From positions 1 to 64,000 of the forward strand of contig NIVC01002902.1 in assembly GCA_002269645.1 (NCBI GenBank): a DNA stretch of 64,000 nucleotides. The letters are read 5' to 3'. The notes beneath the pieces were generated by a model. It searched no databases. It saw nothing but the letters and a program-made list of their open reading frames with translations, and was not told the DNA's origin. Source of the stretch: Macrostomum lignano. Lineage: Eukaryota. The stretch's first letter is position 1. Each line of letters starts with the position of its first letter. Below are positions 20,643-33,436 of the stretch, one piece after another. A program made the translations under genes and the position numbers.

Positions 20643-20760
20643 ACCAGCAGCAGCGCCTCCGTCACCGCCGCGGGCACCAGCAGCGCCTTCGTCACCGCCA
20701 CGGGCACCAGCAGCGCCTCCATCAAGGCCGCGGGCCGCAACGGCGCCTCCGCCACGACCA
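20643..20760. repeat. 27-bp GC-rich tandem repeat, about 4 copies
   Basis: CCAGCAGCAGCGCCTCCGTCACCGCCG-type units. Confidence 0.75.
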
Positions 20761-21267
20761 GCGTCGGGCGGCATCGATCAAGGCGCCGCTGCACTGACGA
20801 CGACGCTGCTGCCAAAGACGAATGCCAGCCAGCTAAGCATAATAAAAAAGCAATTTGAATGCCTGGCGACCTTGTATTCGCATATTGGCAATGCGGGAAA
20901 TTGTGGTGGCCTTGTGGTGGTCTGCCTGCCACCGAAAGGTCCAAGTGCAACGACCGACACCTGCGTGCACGTTCAGATTTTTGACGATCCTCCTACATGT
21001 GATTGGGTCAGCACGGTGCACCAATTGGAAGACCATCAGCATAACGATAACGAAAAATCTCCAGAGTTTTGTCATGCTCTGGTGATGATGAAGAAAGCAT
21101 CCAAAATGACCAGCAAACAGCACCTGAAGCGATTATTAATTATGTGAAAACAGAAGACTAAAGATAAATAAGCATCGTTCTTGCGTTTTCTGCATATATT
21201 TACTTGTGTTAATTTAATGATTCGACTTCCTATAAAAAGCATTAGGTCGTATGTAAGTATTTATTCC

Positions 21268-23014
21268 CCCTATGAAAATTGGCCCGAATTTTCACCCTTC
21301 TCTTCGCCCGAAATCGTCAGCCCTTTGCGGGTGTAAAAATTTTCGGGCTACTGGCCCGGAATCGTTACGAAAAGTTAGTTTTTCGAGCAAGCAAAGTTCG
21401 GCAAGCAAACTTCCCGCAAGCAAACGTCGTACTCCCCAGTCAACTGATTGTATAATCGTACTTTTTTTAAATAATAAACAATGTATTGTTGAATCCTTAA
21501 ACCTGGGATTTTTTTATCCCTAATAGCACAAAAAACCTGCCGGGAACTCAGTTGACTGCGACTGAAAATACTATACATGTACCACTTTAATTGTTTCTAG
21601 TTGATTTGGTACGTTACAAGTTTATTTAAAGTGTATAAAAATTGACGTCCCAATAAATTGTACGCATGGGCTTCATGTGTAGGCTTTAATCTCCCTTTTC
21701 GCACCTAGTTTCCTACTTGTGTAGCTATATTTAAATCCTTAACCACTTCGCGCCCAAGCTTGGTTCTGTAAGATGGCTTAAAAGCCCAAAGGCCTGCAGA
21801 GCAGTCCATAGACAAATTTGTCTTTTTTGCTGAATCGAGTGCACACCCTAGAAGCCCAGACGTAAAGTATATCACATAGTTTTTCAGCTAGCTCCTGTTC
21901 AAACCTTCCTACCCACAAATGGCTTTTACGCGGCCGAATAGGACAGCTAAAAGTGACGCCTTGCGTAGACTGGGACTCGATTCCGATTCGGAAGACGCTT
22001 TATCAAGCAATGACTCGACGGTTTTTGAGTCAGAAACAGAGTCGGAAGGCATGGATCCAGAAATTGATCAGAGCCAAGATGAGGCGACCGCGGAATGGGT
22101 TGAAGTAACCCCTGGAAATGACAACTCGTTTGACCACGACGGGGTGCCGGTATTCCGAGGGTTTTCGACCATCAATCTAAGCACTGGTCTACCAGAAAAT
22201 CCAGACGAAAGTATGAAATAATTTTTATCAATCTTCCTGACTGAAGAGTTTCTCACCACCGTCTTGTCACATGGACCAATGAGCGAATGTGGTTGGCAGT
22301 CAGGGAGTTCCAGCAGGAGAGTGCAGAAAATGGCGAGGATCAGAGCGAGAGTTGTTGTTGAGCTTAGCCGCGAAGTGCTGGGCGAAGGATACCACATATA
22401 CACGGACGACTCCCTGCAACGGAAGCCCAGACTCGCCCAAGCAAACGATTCCGAATTTGAAACCTGACGTTCCAGCTAAGAAGACAGTATTTTGCTGCGG
22501 CCAATGTCCCGGAAATCCTGGTCTCTGTCCAGATCCATGCTAATTCATCCACGCTTTATTTCCCCTTTAACATTTCTCATTTGAGTGAAAACACAATAGA
22601 AATGCACAATGGACGTCTTTAAATCAGTCATGGCCTGCACAGCAGGCCATACTGGGCACTTGCTTTAGTGATTGGGAGATGGTTTTTGATGCCATAGACA
22701 TTTTTCAATCTCTGGGTTTCTGGGCCGTTTCGGTATGGCCTGCAGTGCAGGCCTTTGGCTTCCAAATGGTTAATCAGCATCGTCACGTCAAAAGTCCCTC
22801 AATCCAGAACACGCTTTTAGAAAAAACGGGCTAGAGACCCGAACGTCTGGGTTTCTTCTTTCCCCGCTTTTTGGGCCCGATTTAGTTTCAACCGTTTTGT
22901 CGGCGTTCTTTTCGGGTGAATTGACCACTTTTTAGTTTTCACCCGAAAAATTAAAAGTTCCGGGCCCAATTTCGTGTGTTTCTGGGCGAAAATTCGGGCC
23001 AATTTTTCATAGAG
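21268..23014. mobile_element. MITE-like DNA transposon carrying a nested piggyBac
   Basis: Terminal inverted repeats CCCTATGAAAATTGGCCCGAATTTTC (21268) and GAAAATTCGGGCCAATTTTTCATAGAG (ends 23014). No clear TSD. Confidence 0.6.
21743..22769 (+). mobile_element. Internally deleted piggyBac element
   Basis: TTAA on both sides (21739-42 and 22770-73); ends CCACTT / AAATGG; subterminal inverted AAGCC(C)AAAGGCCTGCA. Transposase remnants: acidic N-terminus (21919-22221), GYHIYTDD, and C-terminal CCGQCPGNPGLCPDPC. Confidence 0.8.
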
Positions 23015-23321
23015 TTTACACTCCTAATTACATTTTTGCATGTTATTAGGGGTTCAATTTTTTATTCAATCAATTTCGCTGCTTTTTACTTACACGACGT
23101 ACTATTTTATTATTTTTATGCATTTTCCGAAATCAGTGAACGAATTATTTTCTGTGTATACTGAAATGCATCTTAATGCAATGTCCATATCAATAGCGAA
23201 CTACCTTACTTATTGTCAATACTTAGTAGCTCGTAGTAATGAACGATTCACTACTACTGACCAAGAGTTTTAGATAATTTATATGATTAATCATCATTGT
23301 GCAGTACTTTGCAATCCGAAT

Positions 23322-24570
23322 CATGCATATAGACATACCAACCAGACACAAATAGACACAAACGGACACACAGACATACCAACCAGACACAAATAGACAC
23401 AAACGGACACACAGACATACCAAACAGAAACAAATAGACACAAACGGACACACAGACATACCAAACAGAAACAAAAAGACACAAACGGACACACAGACAT
23501 ACAGAAACTTACGAACAGACACAAACAGACACAGACATACAGAAACATACAAACAGACACAGACAGACACACACACATACAGAAACATACAAACAGACAC
23601 AGACAGACACACACACATACAGAAACATACAAACAGACACAGACAGACACACACAAATACAGAAACATACAAACAGACACAAACAGACACACAAATACAG
23701 AAACATACAAACAGACACAAACAGACACAGACATACAGAAACATACAAACAGACACAAACAGACACAGACATACAGAAACATACAAACAGTCACAGACAG
23801 ACACAGACATACAGAAACATACAAACAGTCACAGACAGACACAGACATACAGAAACATGCAAACAGACACAAACAGACACAGACATACAGAAACATACAA
23901 ACAGACACAAATAGACACACACACATACAGAAACATACAAACAGACACAAACAGACACAGACATACAGAAACATACAAACAGTCACAGACAGACACAGAC
24001 ATACAGAAACATACAAACAGACACAAACAGACACAGGCATACAGAAACATACAAACAGACACAAACAGACACAGACATACAGAAACATACAAACAGACAC
24101 AAACATAAAGAAACATACAAACAGACACAAACAGACACAGACATACAGAAACTTACAAACAGACACAAACATAAAGAAACATACAAACAGACACAAGCAG
24201 ACACAGACATACAGAAACATACAAACAGACACAAACAGACACAGACATACAGAAACATACAAACAGTCACAGACAGACACACACATACAGAAACATACAA
24301 ACAGACACAAACAGACACAGGCATACAGAAACATACAAACAGACACAAACAGACACAGACATACAGAAACATACAAACAGACACAAACAGACACAGACAT
24401 ATAGAAACATGCAAACAGACACAAACAGACACAGACATACAAAAACTTACAAACAGACACAAACATAAAGAAACATACAAACAGACACAAGCAGACACAG
24501 ACAGACACAGACATACAGAAACATACAAACAGACACAAACAGACACAGACAGACATGGACAGATACACAC
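23322..24570. repeat. CA-rich minisatellite (ACAGACACAAACAGACACAGACATACAGAAACATACAA)
   Basis: Long tandem array; the ORFs over it are artefacts. Confidence 0.92.
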
Positions 24571-24884
24571 ATAGAGCTAGGCATGCGTACATCGAAAGTT
24601 ATTCCGATGAAAAGGGAGAGGAATAAACGGAGAGTGAAAGGAGAATGAAGGCCCAAAAAAAATTAAACCCAACCCGATGGGAAATCTGGAGGGATGTTGG
24701 AGCCTCACTTTTTGGCGGTAGCCTCTAATTACTTTTTGGTTGCACTAAACCAACGGGAGGCTAGAGGCTAGGTTAGAGGCTCGACTCTTGGACGGCGCAG
24801 CCTCTAAAAATGACCCAGTTAGAGGCTCGCTGTTTGAGGCTCGTATTGGAGGCTGGATTAGAGGCTGGCGATTCGATGCTTAAT

Positions 24885-25412
24885 TAGAGGCTTAATTAGA
24901 GGCTCAATTAGAGGCTCAATTAGAGGCTCAATTAGAGGCTCAATTAGAGGCTCAATTAGAGGCTCAATTAGAGGAGGTTGGTGGCGCCATGGAGAGGTTG
25001 GGGCGCCATGAGGAGGTTGGGGGCTCCATGGGGAGGTTGGGGCGCCATGAGGAGGTTGGGGGCGCCATGGGGCGGTTGGGGGCGCCATGGGGAGGTTGGG
25101 GGCGCCATGAGGAGGTTGGGGGCGCCATGGGGCGGTTGGGGGCGCCATGGGGAGGTTGGGGGCGCCATGGGGAGATTGGAGGCGCCATGGGGAGGTTGGG
25201 GCGCCATGAGAAGATTGGGGGCGCCATGGGGAGGTTGGGGGCGCCATTGGGAGGTTGGGGGCGCCATGGGGCGGTTGGGGGCGCCATGAAGAGGTTGGAG
25301 GCGCCAAGGGAAGGTTGGGGGCGCCATGGGGAGGTTGGGGCGCCATGAGGAGATTGGGGGCACCATGGGGAGGTTGGGGGCGCCATGGGGAGATTAGGGG
25401 CGCCATGAGGAG
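24885..25412. repeat. Adjacent 12-bp (AATTAGAGGCTC) and 20-21-bp (GGGGCGCCATGGGGAGGTTG) tandem arrays
   Basis: Tandem copies read directly from the sequence. Confidence 0.9.
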
Positions 25413-25552
25413 CTGCACTGACATTCATGACGCCCTCGCTTGACTGCGGCGCTGCTGAGAATTTCAGGGCGCCGATCATCAAAGCGCAATGAAATTTCGC
25501 CAAACAATATTTTCAGTATTTTCAGTGTCAGGCAGCAGTTCTCAGTCAGGAC

Positions 25553-26600
25553 TCACCCAGCTGAGGCGGCAGTCGGCGCTGATCTGCCAGCGGGAGGCCG
25601 AGAGGCTTCGAGCCGCCGCTGCGTGGAGGAAATCCAGGCCCGCTTTGCTGACCGGTCTGTGACAAACAGCCGACTCTCAACAGCATCAGCCGGTGTTTCG
25701 CCATCCTTGTTCTTCAAGCTGAACATTTCGGCTCCGATTTGGTCAAAAATGAACTGAAGAGAGTCGACTGGCTGATGCTGAGCGGCCAAATGGACGGCCG
25801 TGTCACCGAATAAATTTTCAGGAACTGTGGGACAGTCGCTGCCGAGCTCCTTCACCAGCCACTTCAGATTTGAATTGTCAGACTTCTGAGCAGTAAAGTG
25901 AAATGCTGTTATATCCAAAAATCCCTTCAGCCGAAAGCAGTCAGTTCCGATCTGTCTCTTGATCCACTCCAGCGACTCGATGCCCTGATGCTGAGCAGCA
26001 AAATGGACGGCCGTGTCACCGTATTTGTCAGAAACTGTTAGACAGTCGCTGCCGAGCTCCTTCACCAGCCACTTCAGACAAGAGTTGTTTTTTTGTTCAT
26101 AGCGGCAAAGTGAGCGACTGACTGTTCCCATCTACTGAAAATTCTCAAGCAGCCTCTGCCTCCCTTCTCTTTAACTCCCTAGCTTCATCCATGACTCGTC
26201 CTGATGCTGGGCAGCCAAGTGCACTGGAGTCTCGCCCCTCTCATTTCCATGTGTCAGACAGTCGGTTCCGAATCTGTCAATCAGCGACTCCAGGCACGAC
26301 GAGCTCACCGGCTTGCAGGCATGAGCATTCTCGGGCGCCATGAAGTGCCAGGTGCCTTTTGGCTGGTTGCCTGCGCTCAGACTGCAGGTTTTGACGGGTT
26401 CACCAACGTCGCCTCATCATTTCTCACCGAGTCTCCTCAGGCAGTCCGACCGCAGTCGGCCCATGCGGCTGGACGCTCTGTCGAGCTTGTGGGCGGGGAC
26501 GCGGAGCTGCAGCGCTGTAGGAAGAGTTTTACGAGTGAGCCCGTTAAACATGTCTGGGTCGCCAAGGCGGCACTTAAACTCTGCTAATGCTTCGTGTATA
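25553..26600 (-). pseudogene. Paralog of the 9.1-10.9 kb ankyrin gene, shorter array, frameshifted
   Basis: High nucleotide identity to 9100-9450 and 10430-10690; different N-terminal segment; probable splice donor GTGAGT near 25557. Confidence 0.75.
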
Positions 26601-26614
26601 AGAAGCCCACCTAA

Positions 26615-26780
26615 ATTCCACCTGAGCACACCCAGATCCCACCTGAGCACACCCAGATCCCACCTGAGCACACCCAGATCCCACCTGAGCACATCCAGAT
26701 CCCAAATGAGCACACACAGATCCCATCTGAGCACACTCAGATCCCACCTGAGCACATAAATCCCACCTGAGCACACCCAC
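26615..26780. repeat. 21-bp minisatellite (CACCTGAGCACACCCAGATCC)
   Basis: About 8 copies. Confidence 0.9.
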
Positions 26781-26887
26781 ATCCTACCCACATCCCATGT
26801 TCAGGTAAGATTTATTATCATATGAGCTAGTCAGATGTCTGATAGAAGTAGTAGTAGGATCAAACGCAGAGGACTCAAAGAGGTGGG

Positions 26888-27646
26888 TTGACAACAACGG
26901 GCTACAAGCAGGTTGGCTTCTCCCCTTCCGTGCCTCCTGAGCACGTCTCCGAGGAGTCCTTGACTTCGCTGTCCGAGGGTGATGGACACTGCCTTAAGTC
27001 CATAGAGGAAGGCTGTACATGTCAGATACAATTAGTAATGCTTGCACCTGCAACCAATGCTCCGCTCCAGACTGTCTCACAGCTGGTCATTCAAGGTGAC
27101 TTTGACTAGGTGCAGCGGCTGGCAACGAGTCAGCCCGTGACGACAACCGACCAAGCCAACCGGACCGTTCTCATGCTAGCAGCCGACTCGCCAAGTATTC
27201 CAGCTCAGGCTGAAAAGTGCATTTTGTACTTAATTAAACTTGGCGCCGATCCCAAAGCGATTGACGAGTCGGGCGACACGGCTGCGCATTTGGCAGCCCG
27301 ACAGGACAACGTGCGGCTTCTGGCGCTGATGCCTTTCAATGCTAAGTGGCTGCAGAACAGCCAAGGCCTGACACCGCTGATGGAGGCGGCTCAAACCGGA
27401 AGCTGGAGCTGCGCCAAGCACCTGCTGCATCTGCTGCGGCAGTGGAGTCACATTGAGTGGACAGAGACCGACAAGAAGGAAGCTGGGAGTTCGGACTCGC
27501 CTAAGCAGAATGGCGGCAAAGGACCCGAGAAGCCGAAGAACGAACGAAAACGCCTGCTTGGCCTGAAGGACCTCAACGGTCTGATAGCTGTAGAAATTGC
27601 GACGCGCAATGGGCATGAAGAGCTGGCTGGGTACATTGAGAGGTGA
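26888..27646 (+). pseudogene. Ankyrin-repeat exon with in-frame TAG (27107-27109)
   Basis: ORFs 26888-27109 and 27110-27646 share a frame; repeats RTVLMLAA, DTAAHLAA, LTPLMEAA; ends at donor AG|GTGAGT near 27642. Confidence 0.65.
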
Positions 27647-28838
27647 GTAGCTTGAGTAGCAGGCTCTTGAAACTGTACTATTAATGGTATTTAGTTCTGT
27701 TGACTTAAATCGAGCTGCATAATGCATGGCAGCCAATAAAAACGTTTTCATCCTACGGATCCTGCAGAATCATGCAGAAAAGTAGAAGTTTACATTCAAA
27801 TTGTCTTAAATTGTAGGGAGATGCGCTTGGTGGTGACTATCGGTGGTCTAATTTTGGGCCTGACATCTAAGGTAAGCCGAAAAATGATTGAAAAAACGAT
27901 AAAAAATTTTTAATTAAACAACGTGCCACTATTTAAATCGGAAACTTTCGAACTAGATTAAGAATCCAGCCTTGCAGGCGCGCTTACGAGGCGAACTTGT
28001 AGCGATCGTAATGCTTTCGGTTAAGTCAACTATATTGCTACTTGTTGAATAGCGGGCACTGCTTCTGTAAGATAACGGCATTATGCTACACTCGCACGTT
28101 TATGATCGCAAACATGTTGATTTACAGTCACCCGCAAACGTTCTGCTTTAAATACTCTGACAGTAGTGTGTAATGTTAGTTTCCTACTGATAACGCAGTG
28201 GTCTTGACATTTGAGGAGAGTTCAGAAAAGTCAAAGCAACGTCGCAAAACAACTGGATATAAATCGTTTATTTTTTATTGTAAGTCGACTTTTCAGTACC
28301 AATAAGTGCGTGGGATACTTACGGCGACTCTTAGGGCTCTTGGTAAGGGATTAAAAATCTTAATCAAGAAGGTAAAAAAATCTAAAGCTACAAGATTAGG
28401 ACAAAAGGGAAAATGAAAACAAGAGAACAAGGATCTTCATTGATCGCATTCATTTAAACAGGTTGTATAATATCTAGCTAACTCTTAAGTGCATTAAAAC
28501 AAATACACAGAGTGTAATAAAATTATAGTTAATAGCTCGTAGAAGTGTGTATACACAATAAGTCTATAAATTAATAAAACATATTTTAACTTCCTAATTT
28601 TTTAAGTAGATAAATTGGTAGAGCTCTGTGAATTGTGACGAGTTCCGTCAGCGCACTACTTTTGGGTTTCTTTTGTTCACTTTTATTACATCATCTTCGA
28701 AATCGTTAACGAAATCTATGATGTCTAAAATGTGGTGGAAAATTGTCGACCTTATTGATTTACCTACTTGCAGTAGTAGGTTTAGGTTTAATCATCATCA
28801 TCATAAAACAAGTGATTGTTAGCAGCATTGAAATCTTC

Positions 28839-31800
28839 TCAAATCAAATGTTGATACCTTGAAAGAATTCTCAGCTCCACTTCATCAGCGTCGTCACGTT
28901 GAGAGATTTCCTTGAGCCAGTTAACAGCTTGGAAGTCGCCTGGTGTCAGTTCCAGTCGCAGGCACTGCAACAGGGCCTCAAAGTTCATATAGTAAAAGTT
29001 CTCAAAGTTTTCCATCGGCAACGGGAAGCATTCAGAAATGAAGTCGTAAAAATCACTTTTCACTCGAAACTGAAATTTATGTCGCTGTCCGAATTTGAAG
29101 CAAAACTTCCACGCCGAATCCTGGGTTTCTAAATGCCTCCACACGATGCTTTCAGTTGCCTCAGCAGCTGGCCTGTCACTGGGCCATGCAAGACAATGGC
29201 AAACCTGGTGAGCTCGGCAGTCCGTCAGAAACTCCACGGCGGTGCTCAGGTCGTCAAACATAAGGCAGCTCAAAGCTTTGAGACTCTCCCGGGCTGATCG
29301 AGCGCAATATGGCAACCTTTCTAACTGCTCAAACAGAGTAGCATGAGCCTCGCCACCTTCATAGTTAACTTCAAAGAGACTAAGTAAAGATTCCCTTACT
29401 AAATTATACACTTTATGATACGCAGGCTCGTTCGACTTTTGATCCGGGTTCCACAAAAGAATAGGTAGTATGAGGAACGGATGAAAGTAAAACATGCCTT
29501 CAGCACTGACGGGTTTCAGATATTCATTGAAGCTCATCAGCCGCTGGGGCAAGTGGTCGATCACGTCTCGAAGAACTTGCACGATCTCTTCAGAACTGCT
29601 GCGATCGGCACCCTTCAGATACAAAGCTGCATCGCTCAAGAAGAAATGCTCCATTATTCGGCCATCTGTATTGTCAGCGGAACGACTCGTCTCGACACTG
29701 TCCAACAGCATCTGCACCGATCGACGGATGAGTGTCATAAGGTTCTCCGGCTTCCACTGCTCTTCTGGTGTCTCTTCAAGCATTCGGAACGTGACCGTCT
29801 TTGCGTGATACGCCTTCAGACCGTGAACTCTGCGACCGATCACCTTCTTGACCAGAAACTTGAGCGTGATGAACAGCTCGCCCTGCAGATTCGTGAGACT
29901 CCGTAGCAGGCGTCTCTCTAAGAAGGTGGTGCTCACTCGGAGCTGCTTGCCGGCTTGTCCAGGAGGTGCCGCGTGAACCACGTGACAGGGCAAGGCTTCG
30001 AGCTCGCTTGTGAGAGACTGCAGCACCGTTTGTGGGATGCTGGATTTGGCCAGTCGATGAGGCTGCAGCGGCCCGATTGGAGGATAGCAGCAGAGGCGAC
30101 AGGCGCTCACGCGGTCCACAGCGGGTCGGAGAGTCGAACCGTTCTCTGGCCGGGCTGGGTTTGACGCTAAAGTTGGGAAGCAGAATTACGAGTATAATAT
30201 AAAGTCCTTTCTAGATGACCAAAATACTAAATTTAAGCTCATAATCATTGAACCCTCACCAAATCCTTCACATTCTATATGCCCGTTGTAGTAACTTGTT
30301 GTTTGTCGACTGTTAGCATTCGGGCATTGGCAGAAGCGTCTCACATGATACAATCGGCCAGGCATTAGCTGAACTACGTCAATGTCGGATTCAAAATCAG
30401 TTCTACCGTCCATACGTGTTAGACTGTTGCCCCAGCCCTCGGAGTAGCTTCCCACTACGAAGACCTCATTGTCATTCAGTCGGTTTCTTAGAATTGTTTC
30501 CAGTACGTCGGCCATTGCACTCTGCATTGCGGCTCTGGTTTCGGAAAATCCCGACTTGGTTAGTGCTGCGTGTAGCTGCAGACTGAGTTCTGTGTCTTCG
30601 GGTTGTGGTCTGAAGTTTAGTCAAGTTAGACATTTCTCCTTAGTATTCTTCTTGTACATGTGATAAAAATTACAGCTCAAATACCTGTTTCATAAAATGG
30701 AACAAAACTTACCCATACTTAGTAAGGTTTTCAAACTGTTCAAAACGTTTACTAGATAAGTTCGCTTCTGGCTGAAGAACAGGTGGAATATCAGTACTGT
30801 CTTTTATTACTTCAGAGTCTGCAGCGCAATAATCGAAATTTTCTTGAGCCCTTCTGAGTCGTCTAGCTACAGGCAGATGGTTTTGAGCGAGGGACAACTC
30901 CAAAGGCGTCTTTCCATCAAGTGCGTGTGGCCTGACCGTGCATCTGGCTTCAAGCAGCAGCTCAACTACTCGATCATGACCTGACTTTGCGGCAATGTGC
31001 AGCGGCGACTTGCCACTCTTGGTTCGAATATCGGAATTTGCTTTAGAGCTCAGAAGCAAGTTGGTAATGTCAGTGTGACCCTGTTGGCTAGATATCAAAA
31101 GAGGCGAATATCCCTCTCCGACTTCTTGAAGATCTACTTCGGCTTGGCCTGTCAGGAGGGAAGACACAACTCCTACGTGACCCCAGTGCACTGCCAAGTG
31201 GAGCGGCGACTGTCCAGTATCCCTCTGGACGTCGACATTGGCCTGGGCTCCGATAAGCAAGTCAACAGTTTCCTGGTGGTTCTCTTGCGCTGCAATGTGC
31301 AAATGTGCTAGAGAAAATTTCCAGAGGACATTCACATCTGCTTGCGACTTTATCAGAGCTTTGACGACTTCGCTATGGCCAAACTGTGCGGCCATGTATA
31401 AAGGCGAGAAGCCTCTTTCGTCTTGCAGTTCAACATCGGCCTCTGCCTTCAATAACTCATTGACAACTTTTTCGTGTCCTTTTTGGCAGGCAATGTATAA
31501 AGGTGACTGACCGGTAAGCACTCGTGTATTAATGTTTGCTTGTGCTTTTATGAGTGTCTTAACAGATTCTTGGAGACCATCTTGCGAGGCAATGTAGAGT
31601 GGTGTTGCCTGCTCCACAACTCCGAGATTTAGGTCAGCTTGAGCCGTAATAAGCAAATTAAGCACGTTGATGTGATTTTCTTGCGTTGCCATGTAAGCGG
31701 CAGTAGCTCCTGACCGAGATCGAAAATTTACATCGGCGTGAGCTGAAACCAATGCTTGCAATAACTTGCAATCGCCATGCTTTGAGACTAAATGGATTGG

Positions 31801-33015
31801 AGCGAACCCCTGATCGTCCAGAATATCTAGATTTGAGCGTGCTCTAATTAGGAGGCTGCTCAATTCGCAAGAGGCTCTGTCTAGCGCAGCATGAAGAGCA
31901 GTTTCTCCTGATAATCCTGGAGTATTCGGATCTGCTTGCGAATCGATAAGAAGCTCAATAATGTGACGGCTTTCAGCTTGAGTGGCAAGAATGAGAGGTG
32001 TCATTGACTGTTCAGTCCGACAATCCAAGTTTGCCATTGCCTTAATTAATATCTGTACCACCTGTCTATGACCATTCACGGTTGCTGCATGCAAAGGTGA
32101 TTTTTGGTCACAAGTTTGTGCGTCCGGATCAGCTTGCGCGTTGAGCAGAAAGGTCAAAAGTTTTTGATTGCCCTTTTCTGCCGAAATGAAAAGCGCGGAC
32201 CTACCATTTCGAGTCTGTAAATTGACGTCAGCTTGCGCTAGTACAAGTGCTTTGGCTATGTGATACTGACCAGCTTTTGCCGCAATAAAGAGCGCTGTTG
32301 TCTCGTCTTTAGAGAGAAGATCGACATCAGCTTGAGCTGCAATCAGCATCTGAAGCACTTTCAAATAACCCTCTTGTGACGCCATGAAAATCGGTGACCA
32401 GCCCTCGTCGTCAGGCAAATTCACATCTGCATGTGCGTCCAGCAGCTGTCTGACAATTCCACGGTGATTGAACTGTACAGCAGCAAGCAGGGGTGTCTCA
32501 CCAGACTCTGTTTGCAGGTTCACATCGACACCGGCCTTGATTAATTTCCTAACGAATTCGACTGAGCCATCCTGGCAGGCGATGTACAGCGGCGAACAAC
32601 CGTTGCTTTGTCTGAGATTCAAGTCGGCTTGAGACCGAGCCAGATGGTACACAACATCGGGCCAATTGTCTTGAGCGGCAATGTGCATCGGGCTCGCCCC
32701 TTGAAACTGCTGGATATCCAAATCGGCCTGAGCCCTGATTAGCAGATCCACCACTTTGAGGTGGCCATTCTGCACCGCAAAGAATAACGGCGATTCGTTC
32801 CTGCTTGTCAACAAGTTGACATCCGCCTGCGCTTTGATGAGCCTGTCAACGACTGCGTAGCGACCGAGATAGCAGGCTAGGTGCAGTGGAGTTGTACGGC
32901 CTGAGCAATATCTGATCTCCTCATTTAGCTCTATTAGCTTCTGTGAAAGGTGCTTATCAACTATCTGCAAATTCTCCGTCTTGATTGCGTCCAGAAATTC
33001 TTTTTTACCTTGCAT
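28839..33015 (-). CDS. Ankyrin-repeat (about 21) - Mab-21/cGAS-like nucleotidyltransferase fusion (cGLR-like), 1326 aa, copy A
   Basis: Exons 33015-30713, 30609-30260 and 30166-28839; GT-AG introns of 103 nt (phase 2) and 93 nt (phase 1) join three track ORFs in frame (3981 nt). NTase motif GSYSEG...SDIDV, third Asp in AVDRVSA, Mab-21 helices LRVSTTFLERRLL and LKAYHAKTVTF. Confidence 0.9.
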
Positions 33016-33436
33016 GTCAGCGTTTTTTGCAAATTATTAGCAAAGTAAGACCCTCTTTGAGAATTGCGATGGCTAAAGAGCTGTAGACAGTAAGCGAGCC
33101 ATGATAGTCTATTTGTACTGCATCGCTGCAAGTAATGCACTGGACTAGTTGAATTTTTAAAAAGCGCTCTGGTAAATGCACACGAATGCCAGTAGTTTTT
33201 TTTCTCCCTGCAATTTCTGTCTTTTTGGCGTACACTTCTGTACGCAGAAACGCGAGTGGCCTAAGATAGAGAGAAAAATGTACGGCGGGAGTACCTTGTT
33301 CGCGGCATTATAATTATGAAGCACTAATAGTACCATTATTTCAGGCTTAGCTCTGGAGGCCACACTTCTTTCATAGATGCTTGGCGCAGATCAAGTTGAG
33401 GAATTTAGAAGCAAATTTTAAGAAAAGGCAAACAAT
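33016..33436. promoter_or_regulatory. Putative bidirectional promoter between the two ANK-cGLR genes
   Basis: 421 bp separate two divergent ATGs. Position-based inference only. Confidence 0.55.
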
